Virus record (IMG/VR): IMGVR_UViG_3300042691_018527
Coordinates: 22,012 to 86,011 of that record
DNA: 64,000 nucleotides
Source: a virus
Direction: 5' to 3' (one strand)
A program made the position numbers and the translations under genes. The notes under the pieces are model-generated. The model searched no databases. It was not told the DNA's origin and was given only the letters and a program-made list of their open reading frames with translations. Positions 1 through 9,970 of the stretch are shown piece by piece; the stretch's first letter is position 1; each line of letters opens with the position of its first letter.

Positions 1-277
1 TTAACGGAGAAACATAATCATTGTCTTTTATGTTTAAATTTTCAAACAAATAATTCAAAACAACCGATTTTTCGGTATGTTCTTTTACATTTGCCAAAAA
101 TTCTGGACCTCTAACGTGTGATTTACCAAAAGGGTTATATAAACAACCACCACCTAAGTATTTGGAACCGCAATATATACATTTATCTGGTGAATCAAAA
201 TGGACGTGTGTTTTTGTAGAAGAAAACAAACAAGGCTTCCCATAAGAAGTAGAATTACAGTATATACAACGACCCAT
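1..277 (-). CDS. Cys/His-repeat (putative Zn-binding) protein, runs off window start
   Basis: Manual translation from ATG at 277: MGRCIYCNSTSYGKPCLFSSTKTHVHFDSPDKCIYCGSKYLGGGCLYNPFGKSHVRG...; open to the window edge; starts 3 nt after the stop of the upstream minus-strand gene. Confidence 0.7.
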   Translation of the reverse strand, partial: MGRCIYCNSTSYGKPCLFSSTKTHVHFDSPDKCIYCGSKYLGGGCLYNPFGKSHVRGPEFLANVKEHTEKSVVLNYLFENLNIKDNDYVSPL

Positions 278-280
278 ATT

Positions 281-718
281 TTATATATTTACAATATTTT
301 TAAACTTTACCAATTCATCTTTAGGTGGGGTGCCAATTCTGACATTAATAATTCCATTATAATAATTTTCATCAAGAAGAACGTTTTTATCAATTTGTTC
401 TTTTATCTCATAATAGGCCAATGACCATTTGGAATCACACACTCTCATTATCTTGAATGTAAAATTTTCTTTTCCATATTTTTGAATATCTTCGTTTAAA
501 TCTTTAGATGAACTTGTATAAGATTTCCAATCCGATTCTTTAAAATCAATTCTTTTTCTTTTTTTACCCTTTAAAGGTTTTCTTCTAATTTTTGAAATAC
601 ATTGTTTTTTACCAATATATTTTTTATTTGTTATATTATTCGTTATTTCGTATATAAAACCAAACGTTTCTTCTGTTATTAAAACGTTTTCATTTAAAAT
701 CCAATGTCCAGTTTCCAT
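281..718 (-). CDS. GIY-YIG family endonuclease (T4 endonuclease II/Seg-like)
   Basis: FGFIYEITNNITNKKYIGKK, DWKSYTSSS and YYNGII motifs. Confidence 0.8.
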   Translation of the reverse strand: METGHWILNENVLITEETFGFIYEITNNITNKKYIGKKQCISKIRRKPLKGKKRKRIDFKESDWKSYTSSSKDLNEDIQKYGKENFTFKIMRVCDSKWSLAYYEIKEQIDKNVLLDENYYNGIINVRIGTPPKDELVKFKNIVNI

Positions 719-957
719 TACATTGATGGTTTTGGTCTACGAATAACTTTAGGAAAAAATTTCTTTTTCTTTTTCTTTTTGCTTTTTTTATTTGGCAATG
801 CAGTTGCCATTGCACCTTTTATGTTATCAGTATACCCACCAATAGGGTTTATAGACGTTGGGTTTGATATTTCAGCACCAATAGCCGGTGTCCCAAATGC
901 AGTGGCACTACTATTTTCCAAAATACTAGATATTAAAGTTTGAAATTTATTAAACAT
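718..957 (-). CDS. small basic protein, candidate internal head protein
   Basis: N-terminus MFNKFQTLISSILE, poly-Lys tail; ATAAGTA motif at 978-984 (-); stop overlaps next ATG. Confidence 0.55.
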   Translation of the reverse strand: MFNKFQTLISSILENSSATAFGTPAIGAEISNPTSINPIGGYTDNIKGAMATALPNKKSKKKKKKKFFPKVIRRPKPSM

Positions 958-982
958 ATATTATAATATAACATATATACTT

Positions 983-1381
983 ATGGACCTCTTTTATCAA
1001 TACGTGGAAGAAATACAAGAAGATGTTAAGTTTGACCAAATAAACATCTTAGAAAAACAATTGTCTCTTCCTGCAATAAAACACAAATGGGTGTCTCGGT
1101 TAATTACACAAAAAAGAAACAAAAATAATCTTGAACAGAAAAAAATAGATTTAAAGGAAGATGTTTTAAAAACTTTAACTGAAAAAGGAATTCCTACTGG
1201 AATTCCAAAAGCTGCTTTAACTGCAAAAGTAGAATCTTCTGAAACAATTAGAAAAATAAATCAAGATTTAAAAGAAATTGATCTAATAATAGAGTATTTA
1301 GAAAAAGTTGAAAAAATAATGTCTTCATTAACTTATGATATTGGAAATGCCACCAAAATAATGACATTAGAAGTAACATGA
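983..1381 (+). CDS. uvsY: UvsY-like recombination mediator
   Basis: 132 aa helical protein (LPAIKHKW...YLEKVEK...YDIGNA) directly upstream of uvsW. Confidence 0.7.
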   Translation: MDLFYQYVEEIQEDVKFDQINILEKQLSLPAIKHKWVSRLITQKRNKNNLEQKKIDLKEDVLKTLTEKGIPTGIPKAALTAKVESSETIRKINQDLKEIDLIIEYLEKVEKIMSSLTYDIGNATKIMTLEVT

Positions 1382-2802
1382 TTGTTAATTTTAAAAAGAA
1401 TAATAAAAACGGTCAGATATTATCAGATATAGATACTTTAAATTTGATAAGAGAATACTTTTCGGTCCCAAATAAAGCATTTGGTAGAAGAAACAATAGA
1501 TTTTCACAAAGAAGACTCTACGCAATAACACAATCGGGAAAATTTGAGATTGGAATGTTAAAAAATATAATCCAATTTTTGGATTTGAATCAAATAAAAT
1601 ACTCAATAGATGATGATTTGTTAAAGTCAATAAATCCAGTTATTGGTAATATACAAATTAAAACATTTAAAAATCTTATATACAGAGAACATCAACAAAA
1701 ATCAATAGAGTTAGCTCTTAAAAATGGTAGAGGCTTGGTTATTATTCCAACAGCTGGTGGTAAAACACTTATTATGGCTGGAATAATAGAAAGTATTCGC
1801 AAAAGCTTAAATCAACCAGATGCACTAGCAATGGTTTTAGTACCATCCATACAACTTGTAGAACAAACATCAAAAGACTTTGAGGAATATGGTATCGAAA
1901 AAGTAACTAAATGGTCTGGTAACAATAAACTTGATGACTCAGCAACTACCATAATAGCAGGAAATCAATTTTTATTGAGTGATAAAACAGATCTTTCTAT
2001 TTTATCAAATGTTAAAATATTATTAGTTGATGAAGCTCATGTTGTGAGAAAAAACAACGAAATAAACAAAATTTTTAATTTAATTAATACTGATTATATA
2101 TTTGGGTTTACTGGAACTTTACCAAGTACACCATTGGATGAATGGAACATAATAGGCAAAATTGGACCTATTCTATATGAGGAAAAAACAAAAGATTTAA
2201 AAATTAAAAAATATGTTTCTAATTTTAAAATTATTGTTTTAAACATTAATCACAAAAATCCTCCTAGATTTACACCAAATCCATTAAATCCAACTGAGGC
2301 GTATTCAAACGAGATAGATTATTTGATGAACAATCAAAGACGGAATGAAATTATAGCAAAAATAGCACACAAAATTAAAAATAACACAATAATAATGGTC
2401 GATAGAATTGACCATGGTATAAACTTAGAAAATGAACTTAAAAAAATGTGTGGTGATGAAAAACTTATATATTTTATAAGAGGTTCCACCGAAATGGAAG
2501 AAAGAGAACAAATAAGAAAACTTATGGAACAAAAAAGTAACGTTGTTGCAGTTGCTGTCTCAAAAATTTTTAGTACTGGTATTAACATACCAAACCTCCA
2601 TAACATTATTTTTGCATCTGCTGGAAAAGCAAAAATCAAAATAATGCAGTCAATTGGTCGAGCATTAAGATTGCACCCTACAAAGCAAATGGCAGCCATA
2701 ATCGACATAGCAGATAATACAAAATATGGAATAACACATTTAAAAGAAAGAACAGAACTTTACAAAAAAGAAAACTACAATTATGAAAAAAAAGAAATAT
2801 AG
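1378..2802 (+). CDS. uvsW: UvsW SF2 DNA helicase
   Basis: PTAGGKT, DEAH, GFTGT, STGINIPNL and QSIGRALR motifs. Confidence 0.92.
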   Translation: MIVNFKKNNKNGQILSDIDTLNLIREYFSVPNKAFGRRNNRFSQRRLYAITQSGKFEIGMLKNIIQFLDLNQIKYSIDDDLLKSINPVIGNIQIKTFKNLIYREHQQKSIELALKNGRGLVIIPTAGGKTLIMAGIIESIRKSLNQPDALAMVLVPSIQLVEQTSKDFEEYGIEKVTKWSGNNKLDDSATTIIAGNQFLLSDKTDLSILSNVKILLVDEAHVVRKNNEINKIFNLINTDYIFGFTGTLPSTPLDEWNIIGKIGPILYEEKTKDLKIKKYVSNFKIIVLNINHKNPPRFTPNPLNPTEAYSNEIDYLMNNQRRNEIIAKIAHKIKNNTIIMVDRIDHGINLENELKKMCGDEKLIYFIRGSTEMEEREQIRKLMEQKSNVVAVAVSKIFSTGINIPNLHNIIFASAGKAKIKIMQSIGRALRLHPTKQMAAIIDIADNTKYGITHLKERTELYKKENYNYEKKEI

Positions 2803-3424
2803 CAAAAAAGCATTTAAAGATGATTTAGATGATTTAGAAGAATTATACGATCTTCAAATTGAAGATGAAACAGATGAAACCATAGAAGACGATGGTTTTG
2901 TTTTACCTGATTCGGAAATAGATTCATTTGAAGAAGATTCAGATGAAATATTAGAAGAAGAAGAAGAAGAAGAAAAAGAAATACAAGAACTTCCACCAAA
3001 AGTAAAAAAGAAAGCATTAAAAGAAAAATTTTACGTAGAGCCGAAATTGTTTGACGAGGAAATAATGAAATATTATGATAGTGGTGTTATGACAAACGAA
3101 CTAGCTGAGATGGTTAGTAAAATTTCACATAAACTTAGCTATGCAAGTAATTTCATCAATTATTCTTATAGAGAAGAAATGGTTGGTGACGGAGTCATAC
3201 GAATGATGAAGGCGTTGATTTCAAAAAAATATAACAGAACTAAAGGAACTAACCCGTTCTCTTATTTTACAAGAATAGCATTTAATGCTTTTAGAAATAG
3301 AATTAAAAAAGAAAAACACATACACGAAACTCACGAAAAATACAAAGAAGAGCTAATGTTCATGTCTGGTTGTGTAAGCAATTTAAACAAAAATAAAAAC
3401 GGAAAGAAAAAAAATAATTACTGA
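2783..3424 (+). CDS. gp55: late-transcription sigma factor gp55 with acidic N-terminal extension
   Basis: NFINYSYREEMVGDG and NPFSYFTRIAFNAFRNRIKKEK; upstream of gp47 as in T4-like phages. Confidence 0.9.
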   Translation: MKKKKYSKKAFKDDLDDLEELYDLQIEDETDETIEDDGFVLPDSEIDSFEEDSDEILEEEEEEEKEIQELPPKVKKKALKEKFYVEPKLFDEEIMKYYDSGVMTNELAEMVSKISHKLSYASNFINYSYREEMVGDGVIRMMKALISKKYNRTKGTNPFSYFTRIAFNAFRNRIKKEKHIHETHEKYKEELMFMSGCVSNLNKNKNGKKKNNY

Positions 3425-4458
3425 TGAAAATTAAAAGCAAAAAAATTGGATGTTTTTCCGACATACATCTTGGTCTTGGTCAAGATGGTGAAATGTGGCA
3501 TAAAATATCTTTGGATTTTGCTGAATGGGCATCTTCTCTATATAGAGAAAAAGAAATAGATGAAATAATAATACCAGGAGACGTGTTTCACAATAGAAGT
3601 CAAATTTCAGTAGAAACATTGTCGATTGCAAAAAAGTTTTTTGATTATTTTAAAGATTTTAAAATACTAATTTCAGCTGGTAATCATGATTGTTTTTTAA
3701 AAAACACAAGCGTTATAAATTCGATATCATTGTTAGATGGTTGGAACAATATAACAGTTGTTGATAAAGATCCACTTGTCATAGAAGCTAATAATAAAAA
3801 AGTATCATTGATACCTTGGGGCGTTGAGATAGACCAAATGCCAAAAGTTGATATTATGTTTGGTCATTTTGAAATTAATTCTTTCCATATGAATTCTTAC
3901 AAAATATGTGAGCATGGAATGTCATATTCAAATCTTTTAAAAAAAGCTAAGACGGTTATATCTGGACATTTTCATAAAAAAGACCATAAAACATATCAAA
4001 CTGGACAGATTGTGTATTTAGGAAGTCCATATCAACACAATTTTGGTGATATGCTAGATGATAGAGGGATTTATATATTTGATATAGAAAATGAATCATT
4101 TGAGTTTATAGAAAATACAATATCACCCAAACATTATAAAATATATACTAGCAAATACGATGAAAGTGATGAAAAAACAAACCAAATAATAAAAAATAAT
4201 ATAATCAGTTTGGTTGTTGATAAAAAAATAGAACAAGATGAATTTATTAAACTAACATCAAAAATATCAAAACACGTCCCCCTTAACATTAGATCTGAAT
4301 ATGAAGAAAGACAAGAAAATCAAGAGGAAGATGTAGAAAAAGAGTATGATTCCGGTAATTTATTAAAAGATATAGACGATTATATTCAGAATTTAGATAT
4401 TCAACATAAAAAAGAAGTTGCGGACTATATCAAACAACTATATACTTTATTAACATGA
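3424..4458 (+). CDS. gp47: recombination endonuclease subunit gp47 (Mre11/SbcD-like)
   Basis: SDIHLG, GDVFH, GNHD, GHFH and YLGSP metallophosphoesterase motifs. Confidence 0.92.
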   Translation: MKIKSKKIGCFSDIHLGLGQDGEMWHKISLDFAEWASSLYREKEIDEIIIPGDVFHNRSQISVETLSIAKKFFDYFKDFKILISAGNHDCFLKNTSVINSISLLDGWNNITVVDKDPLVIEANNKKVSLIPWGVEIDQMPKVDIMFGHFEINSFHMNSYKICEHGMSYSNLLKKAKTVISGHFHKKDHKTYQTGQIVYLGSPYQHNFGDMLDDRGIYIFDIENESFEFIENTISPKHYKIYTSKYDESDEKTNQIIKNNIISLVVDKKIEQDEFIKLTSKISKHVPLNIRSEYEERQENQEEDVEKEYDSGNLLKDIDDYIQNLDIQHKKEVADYIKQLYTLLT

Positions 4459-5210
4459 CAACACAAGACATTGGAATAGCCATATTAGACGTTTATACCG
4501 AGGCAGATTTATTAAATTGTTATAATAGCGTATCTGGACTTGAAAACGTTTTAATAGTTTCTAATACAAAAAATAATTTACCTGATTGTAATTCAAGAAG
4601 ATATGATAACCAAGTTCCTTTTGCAACACTTAGGAATCATGCATTGTCTCAGTTTAGATTAATGGGTTTAAAACATTTCTTTTTGATAAATTCAAACCAA
4701 ATTATTAAAAATAAAAATGTGTTTTCGGATATTATAAAAACAGCAGAGATATTTGGAACGTGGTGCATAACGGGACCATCTGAAAAATTATTGAGTATTG
4801 AAGACGATAAAACAAATACATCTTTAACTATATCTGAAAAATTAAATAGCGATTTTATTTACATATTCAATGGTATAGTTTCCAATGTTGGTTATTTCGA
4901 TGAAAGATTTTTTAACACAAAAGACTTGGATGTACTTGATTATATTTTAAGAATGAGAGAAAAAGGAGTTTATCCTGTAAAAAACTATCATCCAGTTTAC
5001 ACAGAAAACATAGATTCTTCTAATAGTTTGATTCAAAAAATAAACCATAAAGAAATGAATGATGCTGATCAAAGTGTTAATTTATCTTATGCATATTTTT
5101 TACACAAATATCAATATATGCCATCGCAAAATGACCCAGCGTCAGTATCAAAAGATGAACTTTTAAAAAATTTAGAGGAAATTCAACAAAAATACGCTAA
5201 AAATGAATAA
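4455..5210 (+). CDS. degenerate GT-A (GT2-like) glycosyltransferase paralog
   Basis: Aligns by eye to both domains of the next gene but has NSN where they have EDD; VGYFDERF. Confidence 0.65.
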   Translation: MTTQDIGIAILDVYTEADLLNCYNSVSGLENVLIVSNTKNNLPDCNSRRYDNQVPFATLRNHALSQFRLMGLKHFFLINSNQIIKNKNVFSDIIKTAEIFGTWCITGPSEKLLSIEDDKTNTSLTISEKLNSDFIYIFNGIVSNVGYFDERFFNTKDLDVLDYILRMREKGVYPVKNYHPVYTENIDSSNSLIQKINHKEMNDADQSVNLSYAYFLHKYQYMPSQNDPASVSKDELLKNLEEIQQKYAKNE

Positions 5211-6987
5211 CAAAATAGGTCTTGGTTTAATTACATGTGACAGAATTGACTTTTTTACAAAAAGTTTAAATTCTGTTTTAGCATGTTCAAAGAACATTTC
5301 AAATTTTGAATTAGTTGTAATAAATGATGGAAATGAAAAGATAAAAAGATCCGAAAATATTAAAATAATTCAAACTAATGGAAAAACTGGTGTAGGTAAA
5401 GCTAAAAACTTAGCATTAAAATATCTCATGAAAAAAGAGTGTGAGCATATTTTTTTAATGGAAGATGATATCATTATTAAAGATGAAAAAGTTTTTGATT
5501 TATACATAAACACTTCAAAAATAACTGGCATCAAACATTTAAATTATGGGTTACATGGAAATCACAATAGAGATCCACTTGGATCTCCAGTTGTAAGAAA
5601 GACAGTAACATACAAAGACAATGTTACAAAGATAAATCTATACCCAAACATATTAGGTGCATTTAGTTATTATCATATTGATTGTTTAAACAAGATTGGT
5701 TTGATGGATGAGCAATATTATAATGCAATGGAACACGTCGATCACACATATGTTGCGTTTAAAGCAGGGTTTCACCCACCATTTAGATGGTTTGCTGATG
5801 TATTTGGTTCTGAAAATTATCTAGAAGACATTGTACCAGACCATAAACAGAGTAAAATTCGTAGCGAAGAAAATTTCCAAGAAACTTTTAAAAAGGGATT
5901 AGATATTTTTATAAAAAAACATAATTTTAGTGTAATTGGAAATTACGGACCACCCGAATATCTGTATTCAGAAGAAGAGTGTCTTAAAGACTTAAAAAAA
6001 ATATGGAAGACGCACAATTCAGAAAAAAATAAAGGATATATTCAGACAATTTTAGATAGTTTCTGGACTCCAAAAGCAGATGACATAAAAAAAAATGAGA
6101 TTTTGAATAACACAGTTGAAAATATACAAGAAAAAGAACCAGAACCATTACCTGATCCTGAACCTGAAAAAAAAGAAGTAAAGATGATTAAAAAACAAAA
6201 AGTAAAACAAGGGAAGTATGGGAAAATAGGAATAGGAGTAACAACTTATAATTCTGAAGAATATTTCAAAACATTGTTTAATAGTTTATATGATTGTGAA
6301 TACCAAGAACTTGTAGTTGTTAATGGTGGAGATGAATATAAAGAAAAATATGATTGTGATTGGATACAACACAACTCTAACAACTACCCATCTGTGTGCA
6401 GAAACGACGCAGTAAATTTTTTATTAAATAGAGGATGTGATCATATCTTCTTAATAGAAGATGATATGATTATTAAAGATAAAAACATATTTCAAGAATA
6501 TATCAAAGCATCTATTAATAGCGGATTAAAATATTTTTCTTTTACTAGTATGTCATGGGAATCTGGCAAACCATTCGAAAGAACACCTAGACTGACAGTT
6601 AATTATAAAAACGGCGTAAGTGTTTCTTTTTATAGAAATATGTGCAATGAGTTTACGTATCACCATAAATCATGTTTTGAAAAAACTGGACTATATGATA
6701 CTCAATTTAGAGATCCATTTGACATAGATATGGCATATAGAGAATCTCAAACCGATTATGCTGCACCATTTTGGTGGTTTGCTGACATAACTAATGCTGA
6801 TCAATACATTCAAAACAACGAAAACGCAAAAAGCAGATTACAGTCAGATAGACCAGATGGATCAAGAGAAGAAAGAATAAAAGAACAATGGCAGTTGTTT
6901 TATAAAAAACATGGAAAACTAGTACAAGAAATACCAGATACTAACAAAGAAGATGTTGTTAAATTTTTGAAAAAAACGATGAAATGA
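5203..6987 (+). CDS. tandem two-domain GT2-like glycosyltransferase
   Basis: Two copies of KIG.G..T / VVIND(G) / HIFL.EDD / G..D with a Pro-Glu linker. Confidence 0.85.
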   Translation: MNNKIGLGLITCDRIDFFTKSLNSVLACSKNISNFELVVINDGNEKIKRSENIKIIQTNGKTGVGKAKNLALKYLMKKECEHIFLMEDDIIIKDEKVFDLYINTSKITGIKHLNYGLHGNHNRDPLGSPVVRKTVTYKDNVTKINLYPNILGAFSYYHIDCLNKIGLMDEQYYNAMEHVDHTYVAFKAGFHPPFRWFADVFGSENYLEDIVPDHKQSKIRSEENFQETFKKGLDIFIKKHNFSVIGNYGPPEYLYSEEECLKDLKKIWKTHNSEKNKGYIQTILDSFWTPKADDIKKNEILNNTVENIQEKEPEPLPDPEPEKKEVKMIKKQKVKQGKYGKIGIGVTTYNSEEYFKTLFNSLYDCEYQELVVVNGGDEYKEKYDCDWIQHNSNNYPSVCRNDAVNFLLNRGCDHIFLIEDDMIIKDKNIFQEYIKASINSGLKYFSFTSMSWESGKPFERTPRLTVNYKNGVSVSFYRNMCNEFTYHHKSCFEKTGLYDTQFRDPFDIDMAYRESQTDYAAPFWWFADITNADQYIQNNENAKSRLQSDRPDGSREERIKEQWQLFYKKHGKLVQEIPDTNKEDVVKFLKKTMK

Positions 6988-7757
6988 AAATTTCAATAGG
7001 AATTAATATACATGGCGCATATAAAAGACAAGATCAATGTATTTTTGTTTTAAAAAAACTAAAACAAAAATATCCAAACATAACGTTATATAACATCACA
7101 TTTAGTGATGAATTTAATTTTGAGAAAGAGTTCATACATTTACCATTTTTAAATAAAACAGCATCAGACGTTATAACCGATTCAAATTCCAAAAAACCAA
7201 TAGCAAATCAATTTTTTGATATTTTATCACGAACAGACTGTGATTATTTTTTATTTTTAAACAGTGACATTCTTTTAACTGAAAAGGCGCTTAAATTAAT
7301 AACAAATGATTATGATACATATTGTTTTTCAAGAACCGACGTTGTATCAACTGACAAATTATCAGAAATCGTTCCTTGGCGAATAGAAATAGCTGGGTTT
7401 GATGCATGGGCAGTTAAAAAAGAATGGTGGTTAAACAATTCAGATCATTTTAGTGATGAATACGTGTACGCAGAACACCTTTGGGATGTTTTTTTCACAT
7501 TAACAATGTTTAATAACAGTAAATGCATGTTGGGTAATAAAGAAAATTACATAATACATGAAAAGCATGAATTAAATTGGAATGAAACTTCACCAGAAGC
7601 AACACATAATAGCAATTTATGGACCAAATCTCCATACGGAGAAAGGTGGAGAAAGTTTATATACGAAAATTTAATAAAAAGACAACCCATGGGTCAATTT
7701 TTAACCCCATTAGACAACGAGACTGAATTAGAACAAACATTTTTAACGGTGAAATGA
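6984..7757 (+). CDS. GT-A fold glycosyltransferase-like protein
   Basis: YFLFLNSDILL, GFDAW and HEKH motifs; cluster context. Confidence 0.6.
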   Translation: MKISIGINIHGAYKRQDQCIFVLKKLKQKYPNITLYNITFSDEFNFEKEFIHLPFLNKTASDVITDSNSKKPIANQFFDILSRTDCDYFLFLNSDILLTEKALKLITNDYDTYCFSRTDVVSTDKLSEIVPWRIEIAGFDAWAVKKEWWLNNSDHFSDEYVYAEHLWDVFFTLTMFNNSKCMLGNKENYIIHEKHELNWNETSPEATHNSNLWTKSPYGERWRKFIYENLIKRQPMGQFLTPLDNETELEQTFLTVK

Positions 7758-8410
7758 AAATTAGCGGTTTTTATGAAAAAATATATGTCGTTCATTGGAA
7801 ACCTTTAAAAGACAGAAAAGAATATTTAGAAAAAATTTTTAAAGATCTTGGTTTAAACAAGATGGTTGTTTGGGTTGACCAGTATGAATCAGAAAAAGAC
7901 GTTAAAGATATTAAAAATCCATTTAATTTAAATTTAAAATTATTAATGGTTAATATGTCTCATCTTTTTTGTTATAAAGACCAATTAAAAAACGGATATA
8001 AAAATATTTTAATACTCGAAGATGATATTGACTTTGAACATTTAAACGTGATCGCTTATTTAAATCAAGCAGCAGAAGAGTTTCAACAATTAGATGGTGA
8101 TATTGCTTTTCTTAGTACTTGTTGTGGATTGAATGTAAAAAACATAAAACCACCACAGCTATTATATTACAATCCTAATTATATAACAAGATGTTGTGGT
8201 GCATATATTGTTAATAAAAGATGTGTTGAAAAATTAATAGAATGTGTTATAAATTGTCATGCGATAGATAGAATGTTAAACGCTCTTATACCATTAATAA
8301 ATGTTCGTTGTTTGTGGAGTGGACATCCAATAAAACAAGGTTCAGAAACTGGGAAATATACCAGTGCATTATTGGATATAAGAGACAGTGACGGTAATTA
8401 TACGCTATGA
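7754..8410 (+). CDS. GT25-like glycosyltransferase
   Basis: KIYVVH...DRKE, SHL, ILILEDD, GAYIV, AID motifs. Confidence 0.8.
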   Translation: MKISGFYEKIYVVHWKPLKDRKEYLEKIFKDLGLNKMVVWVDQYESEKDVKDIKNPFNLNLKLLMVNMSHLFCYKDQLKNGYKNILILEDDIDFEHLNVIAYLNQAAEEFQQLDGDIAFLSTCCGLNVKNIKPPQLLYYNPNYITRCCGAYIVNKRCVEKLIECVINCHAIDRMLNALIPLINVRCLWSGHPIKQGSETGKYTSALLDIRDSDGNYTL

Positions 8411-9099
8411 AATTATATACAGTTTTTACAGAATCACATTATGGGATGTTTAAAGATTATTTTATAAAAACATTTCCATTTGATTCAAATTTAGAATTAG
8501 TTGTTAAGTTCAAACCACAAGTATGTCCATCTTCAGAGTTTCAAAGCGAAGGATGGAGAGACACGATGATGTATAAAGTACAGTGTTTTATTGATGCTGC
8601 ATATGAAACAAAAGATGGTGAATGTTTTATGTTTTCTGATCCCGACATTCAGTTTTTTAAACCATTCTCACAAGATGTTATTGAACACTTGGGAGATTAT
8701 GACGCAGCATTTCAAAATGATTTTGGTGGTGGCGTAAACACTGGATTTTTTATAATGCGATCAACATCTAAGACTAGAGCTTTTTTGAAAACAGTACAAG
8801 GAAATCTTCATATGTTTCCAGAAGAACAAGTGTGTTTTAACCATCTAATACAAAATTTTAACGTATATCCAAAAATAGCTTTCCGTGCAAAGTTTTTACC
8901 AAGAGAATATTGGACTTATGGTGAATTGGCAATACAAAGAAGAACACAAGAAAACCAAGTAGGAACGTGGCAAGGACATGAAGATTTTGATTTACCAGAA
9001 AATATAGTAATTCATCATTCAAACTGGACTGTTCCGTTTTCAAATAAAATAAAACTTTTAGATGTTGTTAGAAAGAAATACAATGATAGAAAAATTTAA
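8407..9099 (+). CDS. nucleotide-diphospho-sugar transferase (GT77-like)
   Basis: FMFSDPDIQF, NTGFF, EQVCFN, HSNW motifs. Confidence 0.75.
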   Translation: MKLYTVFTESHYGMFKDYFIKTFPFDSNLELVVKFKPQVCPSSEFQSEGWRDTMMYKVQCFIDAAYETKDGECFMFSDPDIQFFKPFSQDVIEHLGDYDAAFQNDFGGGVNTGFFIMRSTSKTRAFLKTVQGNLHMFPEEQVCFNHLIQNFNVYPKIAFRAKFLPREYWTYGELAIQRRTQENQVGTWQGHEDFDLPENIVIHHSNWTVPFSNKIKLLDVVRKKYNDRKI

Positions 9100-9970
9100 A
9101 AAATATTTAGTGAAAGCACAATCACCAGCATATCCACCTTACCATACTGGACCTTATTTAGAAGAATATTTTCTATATTATTATTTTAAAAATATAGAAA
9201 AATTTAAAAATGTAAAACATCAATATATACCGGTATTATGGACTGAGTTATATCTACATGTTGCGAGTTTAGTTGATGATTTACAAAATGATTTAAATGA
9301 ATTAGATAAAGACAAGTTTTACTTTACAGTATCTCAACATGATGATGCACCTTTTCAACAACTACCACCAAATACTATTAATTTTTCAGCTGGTGGAAAT
9401 CAACCAAACACAACACCAATTCCTTTAATCTGTAGTCCAATTACAGACGTTAAAGAAGTTGAAAAGGACATATTCTGTAGTTTTGTTGGTAGTATAACAG
9501 CACCATTAGAAGGTTGGGGACTAGTTTCACATAATCTTAGAATGAAGATGTTAGAAACGCTTGTTGATAAAAAAGAATATGTATTAAAACCAAAATCTTG
9601 GACAAATGAAGTTAAAAAAGACCGTCAAGATATGTTCTTGGATTTAACAGCAAGAAGTAAATTTACATTATGTCCTCGTGGATATGGAGCAACTAGCTTT
9701 AGGTTATACGAAGCAATGCAGTTAAAATCAGTGCCAGTTTACATATATTACGAAAAACCACACTTACCTTTTGTTGATAGAATAAACTGGAATGATATTT
9801 GTGTTTTAATTAACATTGATGATATTGGAAAATTAGATGATACATTAAAAAATATTTCAAATGAAAAGTATGCAAATATGGTTAAAACCATGCAAGAAAC
9901 ATATCAAAAATACTTTACACTAGAAGGTATGTGTAATGGTATACTGGAAACACTAGAAAATATAAAATGA
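9062..9970 (+). CDS. exostosin-like (GT47) glycosyltransferase; likely start at 9083
   Basis: SFVGS and SKFTLCPRGYGATSFRLYEAM..VPV motifs. Confidence 0.85.
   Translation: MLLERNTMIEKFKKYLVKAQSPAYPPYHTGPYLEEYFLYYYFKNIEKFKNVKHQYIPVLWTELYLHVASLVDDLQNDLNELDKDKFYFTVSQHDDAPFQQLPPNTINFSAGGNQPNTTPIPLICSPITDVKEVEKDIFCSFVGSITAPLEGWGLVSHNLRMKMLETLVDKKEYVLKPKSWTNEVKKDRQDMFLDLTARSKFTLCPRGYGATSFRLYEAMQLKSVPVYIYYEKPHLPFVDRINWNDICVLINIDDIGKLDDTLKNISNEKYANMVKTMQETYQKYFTLEGMCNGILETLENIK

Noticed and set aside
281-718. GIY-YIG gene as a mobile homing endonuclease or intron ORF
   Set aside because: Short single domain with no DNA-binding extension, and no interrupted host gene
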